DNA of 63,443 nt, filler included, from Lenisia limosa (Eukaryota; Protista; Breviatea): NCBI GenBank assembly GCA_001655205.1. It is 20 parts of 20 records of this genome, joined end to end, with 100 filler letters (N's around TTAATTAATTAA, not from the genome) between each part and the next. Parts side by side here need not be neighbours in the genome. Positions count along the whole stretch, not along the records: positions 53,392 to 56,773 come from LPNZ01002602.1; positions 56,874 to 62,142 come from LPNZ01008817.1; positions 62,243 to 63,443 come from LPNZ01003224.1; 17 more parts are not named here. The stretch is one strand, 5' to 3'. Positions within the stretch are counted from its first letter, which is position 1. The number at the start of each line of letters is the position of its first letter. A model generated the notes under the pieces. That model had not been told where the DNA came from and searched no databases. It worked only from the letters and a program-made list of their open reading frames with translations. Of this stretch, positions 53,468 through 63,443 are shown piece by piece. Both the position numbers and the translations under genes were made by a program.

Positions 53468-54830
53468 TACTTTGGCCTCACTAAAGGGCACTGCACGGTT
53501 GTCATGGAGATCAGACTTGTTACCTGCATTTTTAGAGCTACAAAAACAAACAACATCAAGAGTAAACAAAACCCCACGTTACACTGACAATAACACCCAT
53601 TACACTGACAATAACACGATAATAACACCCGTTACACTGACAATAACACCCATTACACTGACAATAACACCCCATTGAGCATACCTACAATGACAATGGG
53701 CATCTCAGAAATGCCGTATCGACGAAGGTCATCAATCCAATTCGGCAGGTTGTTGAACTGGGATGGGGGTGAGGGGCAAAAATGGAATTTACGAGAAAAA
53801 AAAACCAGAATCAATCAAGGAAAATTGTGAAAGTGATTGAGTTTTGCCCATAGCCCCCCCTCCCTTTGGTTCAATGTTGTATATCCTCCTGGATCTAGAT
53901 ATATCCCCCTACAGATTCTCTATCGGTGATGTCGAATGCCAAGATAGCGCCGTGAGCGCCGCGATAGAAGGCTCTAAAAGATGAGCAAAACCTCAAGATG
54001 AACAACTACGATTCAAATGCTGTAAGATAGAAAAGACAAGAAATTTTGATGGGTTAACAATCTAAAAACGTTTCCGCCAGTTATGCGATAATCTGCAGTC
54101 ATACCGGGTAACGCATCGAAAGCGTTCTTGGCCTGCCGTGTCCCACTAAACTGTTAGCTGTTGCGAGGGTTTTACTTAAACGGTACAATATCGATACTTA
54201 TTGAGTATATAGATAAATGGGAGTGACAACCAAGCTCACGATTTGAAGCTTGATTCTCTTGTTGTCAAGAAGGAGATCGTGGAACACAAAATCCACTCCA
54301 ATGGTCGCGATAGAGGCGGTGGTGAAAACGTCATCAGTGTATCTTTAAAGTGATAAAAAAAAAAAAAACAAGTATCTTCTAAAAGGTGGTTCATGTCCAA
54401 GCTTCTTATGCATTATCATCTTCTGCATTTAATCACTCCAGCCAGGGCTTACTTTGAGAGGAGGTTTGTCTTGCCGACACCTGCATCACCCACGATAAGA
54501 AGCTTCAGAACACAATCACTGGGGGGGGGGGTTAAACAAGGCAGCTAATGAATAAATTGTACAGATTCAAAGAGTGCTACCAAAACAATGAAATATGCAT
54601 CCAAATGAAGCATCCAAATGAAGAGATGGAGGAGCGTGCTTACTAGTCTCTTGAAGAAAGAACGGGAACAGCAGACGACTGGGTGGCCGGGGACTTGGTC
54701 ACCTATTCTGTTAGCTTTGTCTCAAAATCTAAGACAACTAGACCCCCCTTCCCACCTCAGAGAACTGTGTTTGTGGTCGCTGAGCAACAGATTTGGAGGC
54801 ACTACGACGGGCTGTGTAGCTAAGAGGCAT
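53468..54830 (-). CDS. Rab-family GTPase (Rab1/8-like clan) with N-terminal extension, 3' end missing
   Basis: YDCVLKLLIVGDAGVGKTNLL, IATIGVDF, KLQI|WDTAGQERFRCVTR|AFYRGAHG and IVIV|GNKSDL. Confidence 0.9.
53579..53676 (+). repeat. 21-bp minisatellite in Rab intron
   Basis: TACACTGACAATAACACCC(A/G)T repeated 4-5 times. Confidence 0.9.
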
Positions 54831-55182
54831 GTTGAAGTCTGGTGGCTTATGAGTGACAGAAATGAGGTGATAGGATCAATATGAGGTCTTATTACTATTC
54901 AAGTGATTTTCCTGATACAACTTAGAAGAGAGTTGTTTTGGAAAGCCAATATCATTTTCCACCTTTAAAGAGAGGACAAGGTGTCAAAATTGACACGCTG
55001 AAAAACACGCTGTCAAATGTACTATATATTTTTGAGGGGTACAAAAACTAAATGATTCGCGTTACGCGCGACGCTCTTATTTTAATTCAAAATTTTTCAA
55101 AAAATCAAAAAGTTGCAAAAAGTGGCTAATAGGTTAGAAAGCATCGCAAATATCTCTATTTCATAGTCATTGGAAAGTAACA
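54831..55182. promoter_or_regulatory. Putative bidirectional promoter between Rab and ISCU
   Basis: 352 bp between divergent ATGs; contains the GTGTCAAAATTGACAC near-palindrome (54981-54996) and a CGCG-rich patch (about 55057-55075). Confidence 0.5.
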
Positions 55183-55697
55183 ATGCTGTCTACCTTTGCT
55201 CTTAAGTCAGTTCAGTCAATCAGCAGTGCTGCTGTGCCTCGTATCATAGTGCCAGTTGCACGTTTCTATCACGACAAGGTCATTGTAAGCAGCAGCTTCC
55301 CCCAAAGCTTCCTCTAACTCCTAGGATCACTCCGAGAACCCGAGAAACGTCGGTTCGTTCAATAAGAACGATGACGATGTTGGTACTGGTGTCGTTGGTG
55401 CTCCTGCTTGTGGCGATGTCATGAAACTGCAGATCAAAATTGATGATGGTAGATGAGATTCTTTCAAATCGGGATATATTAACTCTTTTTCTAGATGGCA
55501 ACATTAGTGATGCTGTTTTTAAGACGTTTGGCTGCGGTTCAGGTTTGTGGGAGGTCCTTTGCTCTACCCTAAGCTCTCCCCTAGCCTTCCTCTGCGTAAT
55601 CACCATCGGTTCAGATTTAAAGTCGATATTGACGTGATATAGCCATTGCATCTTCCTCTCTCGCCACGGAACTGATCAAGGGACGCTCCATGGACGA
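55183..55697 (+). CDS. ISCU: Mitochondrial Fe-S scaffold IscU, last exon(s) absent from contig
   Basis: Presequence MLSTFALKSVQSISSAAVPRIIVPVARFYHDKVI|DHSENPRNVGS, then APACGDVMKLQI and FKTFGCGS|AIASSSLATELIKG. No LPPVK/HCS exon was found before the contig end. Confidence 0.92.
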
Positions 55698-56289
55698 GGT
55701 TCGCCCGGGTACCTTTTAGTCGGTTCTTCAACTCCCATCCTGTCATTACCACGAGTCTGTTCTTAGAGAGTTGTGGACGGGATGGATGTAGCTCTTGTCC
55801 AAAGGTGACTGAGTTATGACTGTGTCGTGTTGTTGATCGTTATGATGACGTTTCCAAATCGGAGTGGTTTGAAGCAAAGATGTTCGCCCTCCTCTTGCAA
55901 AATCCTAGCTGGCACTTTTCTGGTTGCTTTCCTGTTGCTTTCTGAAGGATCTTCCTCCTGGTTCCTCCCTCCTCCCCATGTTGCTTTCTTCCTCTATTGG
56001 ATTGTTTCCAAGGAATATTTGATCAAGTTCTTATAATATAGTATATGTGAGAGCGTCTTAATACCCACCTCCCCCAACCCATAGTATTTACCTTGATATG
56101 CATTCGACATTGGCCATGTCAATGTTTCCACTGATCCCTCTTGGAGCAGTTGGCAAGTTCTAGCGATATTTTCTTTTTTATAATTCAGTCTTTTTTTATT
56201 GTTATGAATCTCCAGTTGGGAAAGCCTTTGGTATTCCTTGTGACACATGCCTGAAATACTTGTCTTTCTTCCTTTGGTGTTTGTGCTCA

Positions 56290-56374
56290 AGCTTCATTTC
56301 GGTCGAAGGTGAGACAAAATTCCATGACTTATCATGGATATTTGGTCAGCCTTTTTTTTGACCGAAGTGAAGCC
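56290..56374. mobile_element. Family B MITE
   Basis: GCTTCATTTCGGTC ... GACCGAAGTGAAGC near-perfect 14-bp TIR. Confidence 0.8.
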
Positions 56375-56551
56375 CCAGTAGTAAGCGTTCACTCCCCTTT
56401 TCCCTTTTGTCCCGGGAGTCAACTTCGTGGCCTTTTTAGTCGTTTGTGAACAAACCTAGCATAGTCGAAAAATGACTGAATTTAAGCGTTCAATTGTTTT
56501 ATTGATTTATTTATTTTTATCCCCTCTCACCAATCCCTTTTTTTCACGACG

Positions 56552-56640
56552 GAGTGATGGGATGCGGTGCTGGCTTGGGCTTTGTTTTTTTTTTGTTGTT
56601 ATCAACCCTTGTGTGTTGCTAGCCAACAGAGTTGATTTTC
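56552..56640 (+). repeat. Family A element
   Basis: GAGTGATGGGATGCGGTGCTGGCTTGGGCTTTG..ATCAACCCTTGTGTGTTGCTAGCCAACAGAGTTGATTTT. Confidence 0.85.
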
Positions 56641-56873
56641 AAAGTCATCAAAATTCACCCGAGTTGATCTGGGTTGTTATATGATATAATTAATATATTT
56701 TCCATTCTTTCTGAAGTTTTACTCCAGTATTATCATTTCTTTCCATTTTTACACCCGTGTTTCATACATTTTCNNNNNNNNNNNNNNNNNNNNNNNNNNN
56801 NNNNNNNNNNNNNNNNNTTAATTAATTAANNNNNNNNNNNNNNNNNNNNNNNNNNNNNNNNNNNNNNNNNNNN

Positions 56874-58340
56874 AAATATTCTACCCGATTTTGATAAGGA
56901 AGAAACATGATTCACAATTGGGGAACTTGGAGTATGAGAAAGACTCATGATACAACTGGGGACCTACGTCAGGATAGCGTTGGACCATGATTTTCGCGGT
57001 GGTGGAAGTTGTTTCAATGACTGCAGACAGAGCAGCGTTGATATTGTCTGTCTGAAAAAAAAATCGGATTGAGAAGAGATAAATTATAGTGTTATAGATA
57101 TTATATAATACTATGAAAAATATAATAAAATGGTAACATCTGTTCTATTTGTACTAAGACCAAGGTTTTCATTAGCAGCTTAACGAAATACTTTAACACA
57201 ATATATAAATACTGCATACATGCCCCATACACTTAAGAAAATAGAAACGTTCAATTACACATACCACTGCGTCAGTGAAATAGAATCTGGAATGGCCTTC
57301 TTTTTTGACGGGGAAAGTGGCTGTCGCAGTTGCAGAGGAGGGAGTCTGTGTACATAAGGCAAAAAAACACCTTCCTGTTTCTTAATACAAATTAGTCTGG
57401 TGATGAAAGTGTTGTAGATGTGGACAATAAGAAAAGTTCAGATATTACTTCAAAATGAAAATCTACCTACCAATGTCCTGGCGTGAACTGTGACAAGTCC
57501 GGGCTATTGAGTGAAAAAAAATATTGAAAAGGAAAAATGAACATAACGGTAGGATTGACATCAAATAGAGAGTTCTGACAATGTAGTGCACCAATTCCTT
57601 ATGAACAAAATAGAAGCCACAATAATATGTTCACCAACCAGTCTCTTGTCAATACGTCCCTACAACAGTTAAAAAAAAATGCAGCGGAGAATTTGAGTAA
57701 TTGTGCTCCATTAAAACCAGATTAACAGGTCGGTTCCAAGCCAACCAGAAGATAGTTGATAGTTTCTTTCATCGGCGTTACATCCGACTACACCTTGGTG
57801 AACTCAACGAATTTAAAAGATATAATAAAAAAACTGGTATAATACATTTCTGAGAAAACTGTAAAACTAAGCACTAACAGTGGTTAAAAATGTCCTCCAG
57901 AAGAGAACATCTTTTCCAATTCTCACATACCTCATTATGAGCTGAAATGGTATCAAGTAGAGTACCCTGAAGAGTGAAAAATGAGAACATGCAATTCTGA
58001 CAAAACAGTGAAGAGAACAGAAAGAAAATCAAAAGAGTGACAAAGAGTGGCAAAAGAGTGGCCTACAAAGTTGATAATGTGGTCACTTTCTGAAGGCACT
58101 GCGGTTAGCCTAAAGATAAAAATATGGGTATCACTTTACAATGGATATCAAAATGTTGAGAAGTTCCATTGTTGATCTGTAAACTCCAATATTGTCTTGT
58201 TTTTGTTCTTGTTCTGTCCCATGGCAGTAATGCAACCAAAAATCCAACAACTTTGGAACAAAAACAAAAGTGCCCAGTTACTTTACGTTGGTGTCAAACA
58301 CGGGTGTTCCTCCGGATTCCAGAAGGAACGCGCTAAATAA
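56874..58340 (-). CDS. Hypothetical protein with many short exons, partial
   Basis: GT-AG exons such as TDNINAALSAVIETTSTTAKIMVQRYPD, TPSSATATATFPVKKEGHSRFYFTDA and GTLLDTISAHNE. No family recognised. Confidence 0.45.
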
Positions 58341-59226
58341 AATGAAAACGAAGTTACGGATCTTTATACAGTCACAAACAATCTTTGACCTTTCTTTTAA
58401 AAAACAAATAATAATCTCATTTGATATCACTTGAGAGTTGTATTCACCATATGTATCAATATGAATATATTTCCTTAGCAAAATGAAACTCACCAAATAG
58501 AAGAAAAGCATAGGAAGAAGTAGAGAAACGCTAAAGAAACTCTCAACATTTTGGTAACCATCGTTTTTCAGTGTTTAAATTGAGCTTCTAAATACAAATG
58601 TAATATTAGCTGCTTTAAGGTACAGTGAGAAAATAGCTTTGGAAGACTGAAAAACTGTGGACTATTATGAGGGATAGAAGTCCCATGAATAACTTTACTA
58701 TTTTGAAATTTTCAAGCATATGGAAACAAAGAGCAGTAACTGAGAGAGAGGATATATATAGAAAATATATTGAATTTACTATAGTTTATGAGATAAGCTG
58801 TCCTACTCAATACAGTTTTCTCAGAAAATGGCGGCTAACGCCCCTTCTAGGGCCCAGGTACAGTTCAATTTCTTTGAAAATATGAAAAGTAACGTTCTAA
58901 GGGTGTTCCCAACAAATTTGGCGATCGTAACGCCTACATGTCTTTCCTAGAGGTATGTGATGGATACTAGTGTGATTGCCAACCTTTATGTTCCATATTC
59001 TTTGATATTACCAGTTTTTTGGGGTTTTGATTGGCAATGTTCTTTTCTGATTGTTGACATTTGGGTTCCTTGTTTATATCATTTCTTGAGATTAAAAAGC
59101 AATGGATATCTTCACAAAAGAAAATTTCTCCTCAACCACCAGCTTTCTCTCTAATATGCACATCAAGAGTGCAATTAATCTTGCTACTTCTTATCATACC
59201 TCGTTCCCTATTTAACATCGGGTGTA

Positions 59227-61656
59227 GACGCAGTTGGACAAGGTGTCAGAGTCAACCAAGCAAGTTGAAGACCTTCAGGGCAATATGGCCAGCTTACAGT
59301 CTTCGATTGATGAGGTCTGTCTGCAGGTTGAGCGAGCGTTACATTGTATTACTATTTGATCCGATTTCTTTCCTTATACTTAATATACACTCTGTGAAGT
59401 ATCATTCTCCAGGAACCTCGCAATTTAATATGCGGTGATAATTATCTTGATTTTTTTTTTTTTTTTTTTTNNNNNNNNNNNNNNNNNNNNNNNNNNNNNN
59501 NNNNNNNNNNNNNNNNNNNNNNNNNNNNNNNNNNNNNNNNNNNNNNNNNNNNNNNNNCTTCTTACCAACGTTTTCCACTGCTGTCGAGAGCAAGAATATT
59601 ATATTAACTTGAATATTGGAAACTGAATAAACAAAATTTCCATACTTTCCACTATCACGCTCCTGCTACACTTGTCACTATTGTCCAGACCAACTCGCGT
59701 ATTGTACACTGCGAAGATTCGGTCCAGAAGGCTGCGCATATGCAGCAAATGGCGTTGGAGCTCTCAGAATCCCGTGCTGCCGAGCAAGACTCAATTGCCC
59801 AGGGTGGGTCACGATAGACTGGCCATTCATTTGTTTCGCTCTGTTTTCGCGTACAGACTGTTATGAGGATAGCTCGGGCATTTTTAGTTTTTATAAAACC
59901 CCAGCCGTGAAATCAGACCTGACCGCCCTTGCCGCCGGTCTTGATGACGTCACCGAACTCACCGCTACTATCAAAAAGGTGTGTTGGTTGGTGATCTTGA
60001 GCACTCTCGGCTAAAACAGGAAAGGGGGTTGTGTATTTTCTATCGGCGGTTGTTTGACAACTCAATCAGCGTATCAGTTTTCTCTACTCATAATTTGGTA
60101 AATACTGCTGCACTCAGTTGTATCGAACACTTATATACTATTAGGAAAACGACATTCTGCCTGTGAAATATGACAATCTTGAGAAACAGGTGGTGGAACT
60201 TCAAGAAAGGTAATTCGGACTACAATATTCAATTGGAAAGCAATTCTTAATATTATTGTCTCCTTCTACCCCGGGAAATAGTGGGCCAAATTCCAACCGA
60301 TTTAGAATTGGTGCGATGAAAGACGGGGTTGCGGAGTCAGCTTTGAACCTTGCTGAGGAGGCACATGACGAGGTTAGCCCTTTGATATATTTCGTTATTT
60401 CGTTTGTTACATGTGCCTTTTTGATATGCTTGAATCACTAATGTGTTGTGTTTTCACATCTACTATAACGATTTTACCTCTGTCCTAGTTGAATCATCAA
60501 AGTGCCGAGTTCAATGAACTGAACGCAACCGTTATTAGCCTCGTTGACACTCTGGCTAAAACTGACGCTGTTGTCGAGAGAGTTGACAATATCGAGCAGA
60601 ACTACCCAAAAATGGTTAGTTTGCCTGCTCTGGCTGACTGCCCTTCTTCAAATGAACTGTTTCTATCACGTTTTTATTTTCATTTCCCTTCCAGCTTGCT
60701 GAAGAAGCTGAGCAGATAAAGTTTGGCCTGATTTCCGACCTGTCGTCCCTCACCCGGGATGTGACGAGTGGATCCACTATGCTGGAGCAGCTACAGCTCC
60801 AGGTTTCTGACGTTATTGGAGGACTGAGAGTGGGAGGGGGCATGTAAGAGCTTCTGTGTGGATCAAGAATCGTGTCGACTCTTTAACAAGGAAGTCAGCA
60901 TTATGACCAATATTGGGCCTTTATAATGTCACTGGTCCGGCACCTGTCACACAACCAGAGATCAGAGGAGCGGACAGACGCCTCAATGGACCGAATTGAG
61001 CAGCTCACTGTTGTTATCGGTTTGCGGGGATCCATTTCGATGTAAAACGTTTCAGAAAGAATCAATCAATTCAGTTGATTGTTTGAGAGAAATGATAAAG
61101 ACATGAAGTCATGATATTTGTGTTTTTGGCTTTTGCCCTGTTCTTACCCCAGGAGCCGTAACCGCTTTAGGTAACAGCGAGGAGGAGACCACCCAAGTCT
61201 CGCAGTCGATTAATGACGTACTTACTCGACTTGACCAGGTGGGGTTTTTGGGGAATGGACTGGAAGAACAGCCAACTACAACGCCAATCCATAACGCCTA
61301 ACAATCAACATGAGTAATGGTCCCTCATTCTTCTAATGTCTAGGTTGCTAAAGCTAACATTGGCAATTATTGTTTTCATCAAATTCATTAAATAGAGTGA
61401 TGAATTAGCATAATACTACCATATTTTGTGGATATGTACATTCAATCTTTTATTAGTGCGATGGTCTGCTTTACATGGCCATGTCACTCTCATAATATCG
61501 TGCACCTCATCCCACACTCTTCGTAGGTCGAGGCCAGCTGTGTCACCAAAATGCAATCAGCAAAGAAGGACATGCATCGAACAATGGACCAAGCCGAGGA
61601 CAACTTACGTGCCGCAATTCAAGCACGTGACCTGGCACACAACGCACAACAGCAGG
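59227..61656 (+). CDS. Long coiled-coil protein, multi-exon, partial
   Basis: At least 9 heptad-rich GT-AG exons (TQLDKVSESTKQVEDLQGNMASLQSSIDEV ... VEASCVTKMQSAKKDMHRTMDQAEDNLRAAIQ). Confidence 0.7.
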
Positions 61657-61768
61657 TCTGGAGGGGGGGGGGGTCCGATTCGCTTTCTGTCAAATGCTGG
61701 NNNNNNNNNNNNNNNNNNNNNNNNNNNNNNNNNNNNNNNNNNNNNNNNNNTATGAATAACTTATCTTC

Positions 61769-61838
61769 AGCTTAAACTATAAATCCATCGATGATTTATC
61801 GATAAATTCGGTCATTACTCTGGACCAGAGTGAAGCCA
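61769..61838. mobile_element. Family B MITE, diverged
   Basis: GATTTATCGATAAATTCGGTC core and GGACCAGAGTGAAGCCA|TA terminus. Confidence 0.55.
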
Positions 61839-62319
61839 TACATATGCTCAGGTCCAAAATTATGTCGTTATTTCGAATTAATGTCGTTAATTATTTACGG
61901 TCGCCCACGCTCGCGCAATTATTTTTCAGTTTATGCTCGAATTTTTCTCATATGTTCTTTTTTACGAGTTAAATTGTTGTGAAGTTGACCGTAACATGAA
62001 AAAGAGACAGTCACAGAAAATTGAATTAGTTTAGGACCTCGAGCATAACATATCTGTATTACTATATAATATGTTATATAGCTAGGTGACTATACATGAA
62101 CGCGAACACTCCCATGAACGCGAACGCTTTTTCGATTTTCGANNNNNNNNNNNNNNNNNNNNNNNNNNNNNNNNNNNNNNNNNNNNTTAATTAATTAANN
62201 NNNNNNNNNNNNNNNNNNNNNNNNNNNNNNNNNNNNNNNNNNGCCGCTGAAAAAATGACCTATATGTGTAAATCTCTTATCAACGCCGTGGATATCGAAT
62301 ATCTCATATTAGTAGCCAC

Positions 62320-63270
62320 CTGTTTGAGTTCATCCTGGGCAGTAGAGAGATGCCAGCGATGGAGTGAACTAATCTCCGAGATCGTCGCAGATAGTGCAGC
62401 CTGGTGGGCCATCTAGGGGGTAAAAATGGAAAATTTTTGAGGGAAAGCCCAAATACTCTGTCGGCTGACAGCACACGAGGGATGATAACAACAAAACAAA
62501 CAAANNNNNNNNNNNNNNNNNNNNNNNNNNNNNNNNNNNNNNNNNNNNNNNNNNNNNNNNNNNNNNNNNNNNNNNNNNNNNNNNNNNNNNNNNNNNNNNN
62601 NNNNNNNNNNNNNNNNNNNNNNNNNNNCAACCCTAACATCCTCGGCACATTCCCTCCTGGCACTCTGCAGTTCCGCCTCGAACGCCGCCGTAGCCTCCGT
62701 TAGTTTGTCCTCGGCAGCAACTCGGCTGTCGGAAGCGAGACCGAGGTCCTTTCGACATTCCTGAAGGTCGTCGCGAAGCCGGGCCACCGTCTCCAAGTGC
62801 GACTCTGAAGCTTCCTATTATGGTAAGTGATATGGTAAGTGCTTCCTCATATGGTAAGTGATGCTAAGGCTTCCTAATTGGGGAGGGATTCCGAAGTTTA
62901 TTATATGGTAAGCGACTTTCCCTCATGCCTGATTGTTGCGGTTGTAGTTTTCAATATTTTCTTGGAGGTTCAAGAGCTCTCTTGTCGCAGCTTCAAGTTG
63001 AGTCTAAAGTGCATTAAAACTACTCAAAAGTCCAGTATACCATTATAATTATATAAAAATTACTTTCTCAGTTGTGGAGGGGCACTCTTTATTCTCAGAG
63101 AGACCCCGATCCCGATCAATGTAGACTTTCGCCCTTTTACATTTATCTGAACCATGACTGGAGCCTTCCTCCTACCTGCAACCCCTCATTTTCTTTAGCA
63201 AAAAGGTCGGCCTTTTGCTCATACAACATCTTGTCGTTTTGGAGGGCCATGACCTCTTCAAGTCGAAGAA
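62320..63270 (-). CDS. Coiled-coil protein, multi-exon, partial
   Basis: EILRLEEVMALQNDKMLYEQKADLFAKENEGLQ, EASESHLETVARLRDDLQECRKDLG...AEDVR and MAHQAALSATISEISSLHRWHLSTAQDELKQ. Confidence 0.7.
62413..62503 (-). repeat. Family A element ending at a 3' splice site
   Basis: Reverse complement TTGTTGTTATCATCCCTCGTGTGCTGTCAGCCGACAGAGTATTTGGGC...TTTTCCATTTTTAC-Cn-TAG. Confidence 0.8.
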
Positions 63271-63443
63271 TTTCTTACAGCGTGAAAGATTTGAGGGGGA
63301 TGAGGGTGGTAAAGAAAACCAATAATTACGAATATCGGGAACCGAAACTAAAGTATCAAAAAACAATAATGTATACTGTCGTATGCATATGACACTTCTA
63401 AATCTGATATACTATGTACTACCTGTACTCAAGGGTAATATAT

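Noticed and set aside
58105-58135. Additional 20-24-nt intron candidates in the hypothetical gene at 56.9-58.5 kb
   Set aside because: There is no conserved protein alignment to fix the junctions, so they cannot be supported without transcripts.

Overview
This is eukaryotic nuclear DNA with spliceosomal GT-AG introns and the standard genetic code in host genes. It is not one locus: 19 artificial 100-bp linkers (N44-TTAATTAATTAA-N44) join 20 short contigs, and many intron interiors are hard-masked with N. Adjacency across linkers therefore has no biological meaning. Recognisable genes, mostly partial, are an EML5/6-like WD40 protein, CNOT3, a probable importin-beta/exportin N-terminus, a BRCT C-terminus, a DUF547 protein, a complete DHHC palmitoyltransferase, a complete mitochondrion-targeted ACH1-type CoA-transferase, RPL38, DDX41, a Rab GTPase and ISCU. 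The organism cannot be named from the sequence alone. Four unexplained structures stand out. (1) A hairpin-bearing repeat (family A) sits in sense orientation at a near-fixed distance upstream of 3' splice sites of unrelated genes and appears to supply their acceptor region. (2) A ~10 kb multi-gene, intron-containing block in the longest contig has reading frames punctured by TAA/TAG/TGA at positions that read well as CAA/CAG/CGA, and it includes a truncated RecQ-like helicase next to a Cys-rich ORF. (3) Micro-introns of 21-22 nt are required by conserved protein alignments. (4) A prolific ~90-bp TA-flanked MITE family is present, along with other TIR elements. All translations and counts were done by eye; no database searches were run.
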